Shown: positions 47,677 to 57,620 of the stretch, piece after piece
How positions within the stretch are numbered: position 1 is the first letter of the stretch
Layout of the letters: the number at the start of each line of letters is the position of its first letter
IMG/VR virus record: IMGVR_UViG_3300021508_000002
Span: 1-57,620 of that record
Length of the DNA stretch: 57,620 bases
Reading direction: 5' to 3' (one strand)
Origin: a virus
Taxonomy: Duplodnaviria > Caudoviricetes
Made by a program: the position numbers and the translations under genes
Notes under the pieces: generated by a model
Database searches by the model: none
The model's input: the letters and a program-made list of their open reading frames with translations, nothing else
What the model was told of the DNA's origin: nothing

Positions 47677-49484
47677 TGGGGAGGTTTTACAACACTGCAC
47701 AAGCATCTTTTGTAGATGATATAATGTATGAGGCTCCAACAGACTTGATGACTCAAGCTATAGGTGTGAAGGATCAAGAGAGACAAAATACTGAAAATGA
47801 GATAGGTTCTTTAAATTCTTTACTGAAAGGTTTGGGGAATTTAAAGCAAGATGACCAAGAAGTCAACGATAAACGGTTGGAATATACCCAAAAAATTAAT
47901 GACCTATCTCAAATGGTGTATGAAAATAAAGATGGGTATCAAAAGAGACTCCCGGAAATATCAAAATTGAGTCAAGAACTGTTGGCAGAATTAGATACAG
48001 GTGTATTTGGTTCTGCAAAGAAGAATTTAGATAGGGAGAATGCATTAGTAGAAAGAGTTAATAAAAACAAAGATTTTACAGATAGACAAAAGCAAGCTCT
48101 CATAAATACCAGAAAAGGTCGTTATAAGGGACTGAATTTCAATGATACTGGAGATTATAAACAATATGATGATTCCGGTGAAATACTCCAATCCTTAGAT
48201 TATGATGATATAAGGAAAAATACAAAAGATGCAATAACAGCAGATCAAACAGCAACCGCAAGTTCTTTTAATTCTAAAACAGGTTATATATATAAACTTA
48301 AAGGTACTAATAAGTTTGTTACAGAAGATACTATAATAAAATCTATAGACAATAACCCTGAATTTCAAAAGTTCATAGATAAAGAGGCTCAAACTTTAAG
48401 GAGAGAAGGTGAATTGAGTGGGGAAGATCCAAACATAACAGAGCAAAAGATTAGAGATTTTCACAATAAATCAAGAAATGGCTTAATCAATGACTTGTCT
48501 TATAATCAAGAAACTAAAGACAAGTCAATGAAAAATGATAGTTTATTTAATAAAAGAGAAGCAGATGCTAGGAAACAAGCTGAAAGAAATGAGGATGTGA
48601 ACATGTTTGTTCCTAGAATAAATGTTAATAGGAGTACGGGAAATAACTTTAATTCTACTGCAACTGAAATTGCAATAGGAGAAAAACACAAAAAATCATT
48701 GGCTAAAGCTTTCAGTGTTGGTGGATTTACTGACCTAAAAGATTACGCAGCTAAAACAGCCACACCGCAGGCTAAGAGGGAGTCAGACAAAGCTATATAT
48801 GACAAGCTTGGGCAGAAAGGTCTTGATGAATTTGTAGAGGCTAGAAATGATGCTTATAAAAATGTTGATAGATTTGGTATTACATATAAAGGAGAGGGTT
48901 CTGAAAATTTAACTCCTTTACAGAAATCAAAAATGGACAAAAAGTTTAAAGATGCTATAGTAGAAAGCATTAATAATAGACCTGGTGATCAAGAGGTTAA
49001 TAAAGCCAATATTATATTACCTAACGGCAGTGTGAAAACCTTGGAAGACATCAATGGTGCAATTAGTACTGTAGCAGGGGTTAATAAATTTGTTGTAGAC
49101 TCTGGAATCAAAATATTTCCTCAAAATAAAGCCTATACAGAAATTGTTAAAAGGGATGACATGGATAATATCTTAGATGAGAATGGTAATACTATTCTTG
49201 GAGAGGGTGGATTTCCTATAAAAGAATTATCTGATGTTCCTAATGACATTAAGATAGGAGTAGATCAAGAAGTGAAATACATACAGGCAGTAAATGATAA
49301 ATCTTTAGCTGTAAATCCTAACAAAGTCATGGAATATATGGAACATAGGGCAAATCCCTGGGAAAAGGATACCAAAACCTCCATGATTACATATTCTGTT
49401 CAGGGATTAGACCAGAATAATAGGTTGATTACGATAGAGGTAACAGATAAATTAGAGGATTTAGAGCCTGAATTAATAAAGTAA
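47676..49484 (+). CDS. Internal virion (cargo/ejection) protein
   Basis: Helical charged protein between a cargo gene and the giant protein. Confidence 0.55.
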   Translation: MGRFYNTAQASFVDDIMYEAPTDLMTQAIGVKDQERQNTENEIGSLNSLLKGLGNLKQDDQEVNDKRLEYTQKINDLSQMVYENKDGYQKRLPEISKLSQELLAELDTGVFGSAKKNLDRENALVERVNKNKDFTDRQKQALINTRKGRYKGLNFNDTGDYKQYDDSGEILQSLDYDDIRKNTKDAITADQTATASSFNSKTGYIYKLKGTNKFVTEDTIIKSIDNNPEFQKFIDKEAQTLRREGELSGEDPNITEQKIRDFHNKSRNGLINDLSYNQETKDKSMKNDSLFNKREADARKQAERNEDVNMFVPRINVNRSTGNNFNSTATEIAIGEKHKKSLAKAFSVGGFTDLKDYAAKTATPQAKRESDKAIYDKLGQKGLDEFVEARNDAYKNVDRFGITYKGEGSENLTPLQKSKMDKKFKDAIVESINNRPGDQEVNKANIILPNGSVKTLEDINGAISTVAGVNKFVVDSGIKIFPQNKAYTEIVKRDDMDNILDENGNTILGEGGFPIKELSDVPNDIKIGVDQEVKYIQAVNDKSLAVNPNKVMEYMEHRANPWEKDTKTSMITYSVQGLDQNNRLITIEVTDKLEDLEPELIK

Positions 49485-49485
49485 G

Positions 49486-52400
49486 ATGGATGAAAAACAA
49501 TTAGCTTACCTGGAAGGGTTAGGGTATAAATACAGTGATGGTGCAATCACAGATAATAAAGGTAATTATGTTTCATCTGTGGCTTATGGGGATGGACAAA
49601 TTATATCTGCAATGCCTGATTATGTCTATAAGGAAAAGACAGAGTATGAAAACAGATTAAAAAACAAAGGTTTTAAAGAGGATTATAATTCAGAGATTCC
49701 AAGGACATCCCAAATCCAACAATTTGAAGCCTTCCATAAAGTAAAGGAGTTTGAAAAATCACCTGATAAAATAAACTTACCCAAAGATGGCGAAGAAGGT
49801 TCCGAACTTGTTGTAGAGGCCTTACAAAAGAGGGGGGAAGGGAAACCATCCTATACCAATGTTAAGGATTTTGAGGATACCAAACAGATGCAGTACACTG
49901 CTGAGACAGGTGATACTACTTTAGAGGTATTAGATAGAGTAGCTCCTGAAAACAAGGCAGAGTATAAGGACGTGCAGAACAGAATTTCTGAAATAATGAA
50001 AGAAGATCCTGACCAAAAAACATGGCATTTAAATGACCTAAAAAAAGAAGAGGGGGATGAAAACTTTTTAGAGGGTCTATATAGAGGTGGGTATAATGCA
50101 TTAACCAAGGTGGGAGCAGCTCTATCAAAGGATGGAAAGGGCATGAAAAACCCTGAACTACAAAAGGAGTATGCTGCATTGAGGAAACGTAGGAAGGGCT
50201 TAATAGAACCGGCACTGACAGCACAGACTAATATATTGAAAGAAGAGAGGGATTCTGTACTGAAAGAGCTAGAGGGTATGGACATAACTGAACAATATAA
50301 CTTCTCTCAAGATAGTGAACTTTTGATGAGGAGAAGAGATATATTAGAGAAGGCAATAACCTCTTCTGAAGCATCTTTGGAGGATGAATCTTTATTTAAT
50401 CCATTCAATTTAGACACTGGTGGTAGATTTACATCTTTTGGGTTAATCCCACTTTATAGGAGTTGGGACTTTAATAGGATAAAAGGTAAGCTTGAAAATG
50501 ATGAAGAACTAACTGATGCAGAAAAATCACTTGTAGAGACACAAGCTAGGGTAGATGAACTCCAAGGTATTAATTACAAAAAACCTTTTTCTTATGAGTT
50601 GGTAGAGGGGACTGTTGAATCTACACACTTCTTACAGGAATCTATGGGGGGTAGAAGAGTGGCAGCTAAACTATTAGCTAAACAACTTTTAAAGAAGGGT
50701 GCAGCAAAAATATTACCTAAAATAGCACAGATAGGGACTCAAACCATTTTACATCCACAAACATACAGTAAGGCTTTTGAAAGACATGCAGGTCAAATAA
50801 CAGTGACAGAAGGCGAGGATGGGAATCCTGTTTATGAGACGAATACTAGAACTTACAAAGCCACTAAAATAGCTGGAGAGAACGCTTTAAAAAATAATGA
50901 GGAATTATTAAGAGAAGAAAAAGATCCTAAAAAGGTTAAAGATTTAAAGCTACAAAGAGTAGAAATACAAAAATCCTTAGATTCCCTAAAAGAGCCTATG
51001 GACATGAAAAATAGTTTGATTTATGGGGCCTCTGATGTATTCAAAGAAGTTGTAATAGAAGATTACGCAAGGTATTTATACAAAAACCCATTAACTAAAA
51101 AACTTTTCTCTAATCCGCTGTTTGATAAGTTAAAAAGTAAACAATCAAATGGTTTATTTAAAGGTGGGTTAGATAAACTGAATAAGTATTTAGGTGGTGG
51201 AAGTACTATTGGGGGATTGGGTGAGGAAACTTTTGAGGAAGTGTTGGCTCAAGCGGTGCCGGAGTATGAAAGTAATAAACTAGAGCGTGCTAAACAGTGG
51301 GAAGAGTTAACTAACCCGGAGTTTTATGCTAAAGTAATGGGGCAAACTCTTTTGATGAGAGGTGCTTTAGGGGGCAGTACACAAGCCTACAGTAAACTGA
51401 CAGAGGGTAAGAGCTTACGAGATAAAAAGAAGTTTTTTAACAGCCTATATAAAGACTTAGACAATAGTGGGTTGTCACAAGAACAATTCAATACTATTTT
51501 TGCTAAAACAGGGGAGGGTAACCTGTCTGTAACAGAGTATAATAATGCTATTCAAAAAGAAAAGGATTCAGGGAATATAGATGCAGCTAATGAAATAGAG
51601 AGAAACAAGTATTTTAACATGGGCAAAACTGCCATAAGGTATGGTAAGGGGGATAAATTTATAAAGTCACTTGACCAAGCTGTTAAAAATACAAATTTAG
51701 ATGGCCACACAATATTAGCTATACAGAAAGCAAAAGAGGAAGTGAAGGATATACAGAATACCTTAAACGATTTACCTTCTTTACGTAATATGGATGAGGT
51801 TTTAGAATTGAAGTCTAAAATACGATACAATGAAAATAACACGGAAGAATTAAAGAAAGAAATAGATAAGATCTCGGAAAAGGACTTAAAGATTCCTGAA
51901 ATAAAAACCAAGAAGGAGTCTTTAGAAACACTAATTAAAGATTTGGAGACCTCTAATGCAAAATTAAATTCTGCTTTAATAAAATCCACTTCATACAAAG
52001 TCCAAAAAGAACTTCAAGCAGAGGACAACTTTATAAAGACAATTGACCAAGCCCTGAAGACTCTAAAGAGACAACCTAAGCTGCAAGACATAAAAACTAT
52101 TAGGGATACTGTTGGTGCGCAGTTTAAGGGTAAAATGAAGCCTGAAAACATTGAAGTTATACTAAAGCAGTATGAGCATAATATCAGTGTTTTAGACTCC
52201 TCTAAGAAAGAAAAGAAAGTAGAGGAGACCATAAAGTCTGTAAAAAAAGAAAATGCACCAAAAGAAACCATACCAGAGGTAAAGGAAAAGGGTGGGGAGT
52301 TAAAAGAGGATTTACCCGGAGAAAGAAGTTATGATGATGCAGCGGATAGATTCTTAGCTAGTTTAGTGCCACTTCATATAAACAAACAAAGTCCTGAAAA

Positions 52401-55400
52401 AAAAGTTGAGGAAAAAGATGATGATACAAATGTAGATGGTTCTCCAAAATCTAATGAACCGCCAGCATTTAGTTTTTTACTTGCTTCTGATGGTGGAGAA
52501 TATAACCAAGAAGATTTGAGTGAATCTTCTGATGCTATAAAAGAATTTTCAGAAGCTTACAAAAACATTAATGGAACCACTCCTAAGTTTAAAAATATAA
52601 TAGAGTCCTTTGTGGATAGAGTTGATGGAGAAGCACATCTACTAAAAGATCACTTTGAATCTATTGGATTAGCTTGGGAACAAGCTGGATTAGGTGAAAG
52701 TGGTTGGAAGAATTTATATAACACTTATTATAAGAATATAGACAACGCTGTAGATAAAGCTTTTGGTGCTCTAAAAATTAAAACTAAAGCAGAGACTATA
52801 GGGGAAGCTACAGCAAAAGTGGTAACTGAGGTACAAGCCGTAGAGAATACACTCTCTGAAAAATCAAAAGAATCTAGTGTACTTACAGATCCTGTAACAG
52901 GAGAGACAGTTAAGGCTACTCTAAATATTGGAAAGACTTCAACTGCTGACCATAAATTGAGATATTCTGCTATAGAGTATGAAATACAAAGGGAAGAAGT
53001 CGATGGTAAAACTATTACAACCTATCAGAACGAAGCTAAACCAAACCTCAGAAAACCTGATTATGTAGATATAAGGGACCTTGTTAACCCAAATAAAAAT
53101 AATCCTGGAGACAAGTTATCTGCAAACCTAACAGAATCCACTGATTGGGATGCAGTAAAAATAACCAAAAGAGACAAGTATGGAGTTCCTATTGGAACTG
53201 AACTATTTTCAGACTGGGTTACAGATAATAAGAAAGGGTTCAAATCTCTAGAGGACTTTTATGCATCTGACAAATTTATTTCAAAAGTCCCAATAGTGTA
53301 CAAAGATTCACAAGGAAATAAAGTCAGTTTTGTTCCTGATGTAGATTCGTACAACAATTTTAGTACATCGGATTTGAGTAAAGAGTTTGGTGATGAGGTT
53401 GATTTAAAAAACCCAACACCTATACAACTAGATTTAATAAAAGAAGGGAAAGAGAATTTATTGGGTCTTAGGAAATCTATCCTCAATGGGGATGTAGAGA
53501 GTGTCAGGATTGAAGATAATACTTCATTCAAATTCATCACAATACCTCACAAAACCAAAGATGGGAATGTTGTACCATTACCGTATTTATCTGAGGTTGC
53601 ACCAGGTTCCACTGTTGTTATAGCTAATAAGGATGGTACTTTACTAGGACTAGACAGTAAAGTTGTTAGTAAAGAAAATATTCTTGGTATAGAGAGTCTA
53701 ATACAATTTAAAGGAGAAAAACTCCCATCAGGGGAGGTAGTTCCAAGATTTACAAATACAGGAATACCATTATACCTCAGTCACACAACTGAGTTGGATG
53801 GTAAGAAAAAATATGTTGCGATAAAAGCAATGCAGTATAGTGAAGATAGTAAGCCAGTTGCTAGGACACAGGATATGACCACTGCTAAGTGGATTTCTGC
53901 TGCCCAAGAGATTTTAGCTTTAGGAGATAAGTCATCTGTACTACAAGATAAGAAGCATTTATACAACCTCTCTGTTGTAGAAGCTAAAAATATACAGAGA
54001 CAAGTGTTGGATGTTACAGGTTATGATATTAAAAACTCTAAGAGTTATTTCCAAGTACTAAAATCTTTAGTTGCTTTAAGGACAGAAACAGGTAAGAGTT
54101 TTGATCCCAAACAAACCACAAATGCATTGTTATCTAATTCAGTGTCTTTCGGAGGTAATATATCGATATCTTATAAAGGTAAGGGTGTAGCTGCTGTTAA
54201 GAGAAATGCAGAGGGTTCTATACAAGTGGATAAAATTGCAGACAGTTATGAAGATTACCTTAAAAACACTTTGTCAACTAATGTTATGGGCTATAATGTT
54301 GGAACTAAGGAGAATCCGATATTTACCCCAGCCGTGCAACAGAATATTCTAGTACAACCTCTTATAAAAGACCCTACTAAACTTTTCAAGAAAAAAGAAG
54401 AAACAGGGGTTGTAAAAAATAGAGAAGGGGAAGCTCCTATATTAGGAGACACTTTATCCTTTTTAGAAGATCTAAAGATAGAGGTTGCTGATTACTTGAT
54501 AGAGGTGAATAATCAGCTCGCACCTGACCTGTCTGATACAAAATCCCTAGAAAGCTCCTCTAAAATGGTGGAAGGGTTTACCATAAGACAACAATTAGAC
54601 ATAAGAGATTTTACAGTTTCTTTAATAGCTAAAAACTCTAATAAGGAAGAGGTACAAAATAAATATAATGAATTTTATGTAAGTAGGAAAAATCTCATTT
54701 CTAATCATGTGAAGAGTTTAGGGTTAAAGATTGAAACTATAGAAGATGCAGAGACATTAAATAAAGCAAATAAAATACTAAAAGGGTTATCTTCTGAGGT
54801 ATTTAAAATTGACACTATAATAGAGAGTTTTGATAAAGTGTTTCATGAAGCTGCTGATACTGCTAGTAAGTTCACTAAAATAGAAGACGAATTCACGAAG
54901 GATTTCAGTACTATAATAGAGGGTAAAAACTATGCCAAAGAGGGTTGGGAAGAAAGTCCAATCAGCAAGGTTGGACCAATTGTAAAGAGGGTGTTTGCCA
55001 AAGTTAGTAATGGGGATACTGGATTATATGGTGTCCCAAGATATAGTCCTTTTAAAACCATGTTTGATTCTGTAATGGAAATTGTTGCAGGGGACACTCA
55101 TAAATCTCCATCCTTTAATGTAATGATGGATAAGCTAAAGTTATATCAAAAATCATTACCCTGGGTCAACCCTCTCATAAAAGAATTGGAGGATACAGAT
55201 AGGCAGGCTAAAAATCAATTTGTTGTTAATTTTTATAAAGAGAAAGTTAATCCTGTGTTTATTGCAGTTACTAAAAAAGGAAAAGACATTGAAACCAAAA
55301 TCTTTGAGAGTAACTCGAATGCACCTAAGAGGGTTTTGCTAGAGGGTTGGGAAAGTAATTTCAACAGGATTAAAAGTAAATCAGCAAGCTATAAAAGAGC

Positions 55401-57620
55401 TTTGTCTATCTGGAATAATTCTGCTACAGACCCTGTAAAAAACCAAAAAGACTTTAAGGAATTTCTTGATCTGTTTGGTATAAATGTGTCAGAGAAAACT
55501 TGGGATGCTATCCTTAAAGGGCAGTTGGCAGTTAAAACCATAGCAGGAACTCAGAGAACACCATACACCACTCTTTTTACAAATAATAAAGGGCATATAT
55601 TTTATTCTCTAAAAGAGTTTGCAAAAAAGGAGTTAAAAGACACGAAAGAAAACTCTTCTCCTTTTTCTCAGATGGGATCCATATTAGATAACCTGAGTAA
55701 AATTGAGAATTTCTACAATCCACAGAATCCTAGCAGCACTAGGTATGTTGGTGGCAAAAGTATTACAGAATATGAAAACCCTAATTATTTTTATTCTCAG
55801 ATAAATAAACTAAAGGGGTCTGCTTTAAAAAATGGAGAGTATATTAAATCCATGAAAAGTTTAAGCTTTTCAAAAAACTCTTTACTTTTAAATTTACTTG
55901 AAGATAAAAACTTTGCGGAGGAGTTTAAGCATATCACAATAGATAATACAGCTTTGAAAGACTTGCACTCAAATAGTAGTACACCAAGTGGTATTACGGA
56001 TTTGAATGAGGTAGACCATATGCTAGTAAAGCGAGGCCTTTTTCAGGACACAAAGCTTTCAGGGAAGTTGGAGGATTACAATGGCTCACCAATGCGTTAT
56101 GCCATGATGACTACACCAACACCTTCAGATAAGGGTAGGATGCATGCGATTAAGACTGGAGTTTTTGATATTTATAAAAACCCCGAACTGTTTTTTGAAA
56201 ATGAGACCTTCTCTAATTCTTTAAATGATTTATTGTATGAGCAACTTGTAGCACCAGAAGTTGCTAGGGCATTAAAACACACTGAAACTAACTACCCTGC
56301 ATATGACAATGCAGCAAAGCAAATTGTCTTATTTCCAACATTAAATGATGTAGCAAATGAAGAGGGTGTGACAGTAGGAGATGTCTTGAAAACAGATATT
56401 ACAGAAGAGGGGTTTAAGAAATTATTTGCACCTCAAGTAGCTAAACATATTGAGCAAATCATTAAAGATGAGGTTGGTCACAATCTAAGAGTTGTGGGAG
56501 ATTCAAATATCAATAGTGTAACATACTTAGGTGAAAAGGGGGACAAAACTTTAGCAGAATATGATTTTGTTATTAACTCTATGGTTACAAACCAGGATAT
56601 GTTTAAGACTTTGGTAGGAGACCCTGCCCAATTTCATAACTCCGAAAAGGGAGATGTGAATGAGATAGAGGCTCTAAATTTGAACTTAGGTAAAAGATTA
56701 GCTTTACTAATAGCTCCTGGTAGTACACTTGCAGAATCAAGAGGGGAAAAATACTATCAAGTATTCCTGAAAGATGCTTCTGTTGTTGCAGAAAACATAA
56801 AAGATATATTATCCTATAAATATGGAAATAAGGCATTAGAGGAGACCATAGAGGGTGTGAAGGTGAAAGATGTAATCTCTAATTTTGGAGAGTCTAGCCC
56901 CGAAGTGAAAAATGAAATTTACAAAAGGTTTCCTGCAATAAAAGATTTCCTGAACATTGAAAGTACAGATGCACAAGAATTGACCACAGATAGAGAGCAC
57001 ATAAATTTACTTTTTAAAGAAGGTAAACTATCTGAGGAAGATCATATAAGGTTAACAGATAAGATAACTAAAAGAAGGGCGAAAGAGAAGAGGGGGGATA
57101 AATTATTAGAATCAGATAAATTGAGTTCTACAGATATAGATTTAATCTTACAACCGGTTAAACCTGTATATTCAGGTACACATATTGATTTAGAGCAAGA
57201 TTTAAACAGAGTAGTTTACATAAAATCTTCTTCCTACCCATTACTTTCAGAGGTTACTAAAGGCAGTAAGTTAGATGCTTTAAGGGTGAAGTTAGAACAG
57301 TTAGAGGATACACTAGGCGGAAAGTCTGTAGATGGTAGCCCCTCAATGACAGGCGTGAGAGCATCCTACAATTCTGCTAACAAGGTTGGTGCTTTGAGGG
57401 AGTCTATTGACCCATTTGATGATAGTAGCTTAGATAATTTAAATTCTGTAGATGGTTTAGGAAAATACTATTTGGAGTTAGATAGAAGTAATCTAAAAAT
57501 ACAGCAACAAATACCTTACAAATCAAAAGACAAAAAAGATGACGGGGTTAGTATGAGTACGCAAATACACAAGCTTCTTTTTGGAAATAATGTAAATAAA
57601 CTTGAAGGGTTTATATATAA
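49486..57620 (+). CDS. Giant virion protein containing crAss-like virion RNA polymerase (partial, >2700 aa)
   Basis: Absent from the ORF track, consistent with having no stop in the window. Starts MDEKQLAYLEGLGY. Late segments ESTDAQE, LQPVKPVYSG, YIKSSSYPL, SANKVG, LKIQQQIP and STQIHKLLF resemble crAss vRNAPs. The catalytic DxDxD was not seen and probably lies beyond the window. Confidence 0.75.
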   Translation, partial: MDEKQLAYLEGLGYKYSDGAITDNKGNYVSSVAYGDGQIISAMPDYVYKEKTEYENRLKNKGFKEDYNSEIPRTSQIQQFEAFHKVKEFEKSPDKINLPKDGEEGSELVVEALQKRGEGKPSYTNVKDFEDTKQMQYTAETGDTTLEVLDRVAPENKAEYKDVQNRISEIMKEDPDQKTWHLNDLKKEEGDENFLEGLYRGGYNALTKVGAALSKDGKGMKNPELQKEYAALRKRRKGLIEPALTAQTNILKEERDSVLKELEGMDITEQYNFSQDSELLMRRRDILEKAITSSEASLEDESLFNPFNLDTGGRFTSFGLIPLYRSWDFNRIKGKLENDEELTDAEKSLVETQARVDELQGINYKKPFSYELVEGTVESTHFLQESMGGRRVAAKLLAKQLLKKGAAKILPKIAQIGTQTILHPQTYSKAFERHAGQITVTEGEDGNPVYETNTRTYKATKIAGENALKNNEELLREEKDPKKVKDLKLQRVEIQKSLDSLKEPMDMKNSLIYGASDVFKEVVIEDYARYLYKNPLTKKLFSNPLFDKLKSKQSNGLFKGGLDKLNKYLGGGSTIGGLGEETFEEVLAQAVPEYESNKLERAKQWEELTNPEFYAKVMGQTLLMRGALGGSTQAYSKLTEGKSLRDKKKFFNSLYKDLDNSGLSQEQFNTIFAKTGEGNLSVTEYNNAIQKEKDSGNIDAANEIERNKYFNMGKTAIRYGKGDKFIKSLDQAVKNTNLDGHTILAIQKAKEEVKDIQNTLNDLPSLRNMDEVLELKSKIRYNENNTEELKKEIDKISEKDLKIPEIKTKKESLETLIKDLETSNAKLNSALIKSTSYKVQKELQAEDNFIKTIDQALKTLKRQPKLQDIKTIRDTVGAQFKGKMKPENIEVILKQYEHNISVLDSSKKEKKVEETIKSVKKENAPKETIPEVKEKGGELKEDLPGERSYDDAADRFLASLVPLHINKQSPEKKVEEKDDDTNVDGSPKSNEPPAFSFLLASDGGEYNQEDLSESSDAIKEFSEAYKNINGTTPKFKNIIESFVDRVDGEAHLLKDHFESIGLAWEQAGLGESGWKNLYNTYYKNIDNAVDKAFGALKIKTKAETIGEATAKVVTEVQAVENTLSEKSKESSVLTDPVTGETVKATLNIGKTSTADHKLRYSAIEYEIQREEVDGKTITTYQNEAKPNLRKPDYVDIRDLVNPNKNNPGDKLSANLTESTDWDAVKITKRDKYGVPIGTELFSDWVTDNKKGFKSLEDFYASDKFISKVPIVYKDSQGNKVSFVPDVDSYNNFSTSDLSKEFGDEVDLKNPTPIQLDLIKEGKENLLGLRKSILNGDVESVRIEDNTSFKFITIPHKTKDGNVVPLPYLSEVAPGSTVVIANKDGTLLGLDSKVVSKENILGIESLIQFKGEKLPSGEVVPRFTNTGIPLYLSHTTELDGKKKYVAIKAMQYSEDSKPVARTQDMTTAKWISAAQEILALGDKSSVLQDKKHLYNLSVVEAKNIQRQVLDVTGYDIKNSKSYFQVLKSLVALRTETGKSFDPKQTTNALLSNSVSFGGNISISYKGKGVAAVKRNAEGSIQVDKIADSYEDYLKNTLSTNVMGYNVGTKENPIFTPAVQQNILVQPLIKDPTKLFKKKEETGVVKNREGEAPILGDTLSFLEDLKIEVADYLIEVNNQLAPDLSDTKSLESSSKMVEGFTIRQQLDIRDFTVSLIAKNSNKEEVQNKYNEFYVSRKNLISNHVKSLGLKIETIEDAETLNKANKILKGLSSEVFKIDTIIESFDKVFHEAADTASKFTKIEDEFTKDFSTIIEGKNYAKEGWEESPISKVGPIVKRVFAKVSNGDTGLYGVPRYSPFKTMFDSVMEIVAGDTHKSPSFNVMMDKLKLYQKSLPWVNPLIKELEDTDRQAKNQFVVNFYKEKVNPVFIAVTKKGKDIETKIFESNSNAPKRVLLEGWESNFNRIKSKSASYKRALSIWNNSATDPVKNQKDFKEFLDLFGINVSEKTWDAILKGQLAVKTIAGTQRTPYTTLFTNNKGHIFYSLKEFAKKELKDTKENSSPFSQMGSILDNLSKIENFYNPQNPSSTRYVGGKSITEYENPNYFYSQINKLKGSALKNGEYIKSMKSLSFSKNSLLLNLLEDKNFAEEFKHITIDNTALKDLHSNSSTPSGITDLNEVDHMLVKRGLFQDTKLSGKLEDYNGSPMRYAMMTTPTPSDKGRMHAIKTGVFDIYKNPELFFENETFSNSLNDLLYEQLVAPEVARALKHTETNYPAYDNAAKQIVLFPTLNDVANEEGVTVGDVLKTDITEEGFKKLFAPQVAKHIEQIIKDEVGHNLRVVGDSNINSVTYLGEKGDKTLAEYDFVINSMVTNQDMFKTLVGDPAQFHNSEKGDVNEIEALNLNLGKRLALLIAPGSTLAESRGEKYYQVFLKDASVVAENIKDILSYKYGNKALEETIEGVKVKDVISNFGESSPEVKNEIYKRFPAIKDFLNIESTDAQELTTDREHINLLFKEGKLSEEDHIRLTDKITKRRAKEKRGDKLLESDKLSSTDIDLILQPVKPVYSGTHIDLEQDLNRVVYIKSSSYPLLSEVTKGSKLDALRVKLEQLEDTLGGKSVDGSPSMTGVRASYNSANKVGALRESIDPFDDSSLDNLNSVDGLGKYYLELDRSNLKIQQQIPYKSKDKKDDGVSMSTQIHKLLFGNNVNKLEGFIY

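Noticed and set aside
9025-56836. Numerous short minus-strand and alternate-frame ORFs within the late genes
   Set aside because: Nested in long, motif-bearing plus-strand genes and lacking recognisable features.

Overview
AT-rich fragment of a crAss-like (Crassvirales-type, podovirus-like) phage that infects a Bacteroidota host, judged from repeated TAnnTTTG host promoters. Bases 1-4300 are a minus-strand early/accessory region of small genes, several preceded by a shared phage-specific upstream motif. A G-rich strand switch lies at about 4330-4430. The plus strand then carries a DUF3127-like gene, a candidate structured RNA, five tRNAs, HU/IHF-like and M15 peptidase genes, an intein-containing large terminase, portal, major capsid protein, ring/structural proteins, a mosaic receptor-binding block (PKD, FN3, BNR-propeller, beta-helix), lysis-type membrane genes, a metallophosphoesterase, a PD-(D/E)xK nuclease, tail proteins, cargo proteins and the first ~2700 aa of a giant virion RNA polymerase-type protein. 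Most notable: the five tRNAs (Pro-UGG, Gln-UUG, His-GUG, Leu-UAG, Arg-UCG) cover exactly the five amino acids with CNN codons and all have G36-A37, so none is a TrmD/m1G37 substrate. They sit behind a 19-codon leader rich in CNN codons with a terminator/antiterminator pair, i.e. a candidate tRNA-sensing attenuator. All protein calls come from motif recognition and synteny, not database searches.
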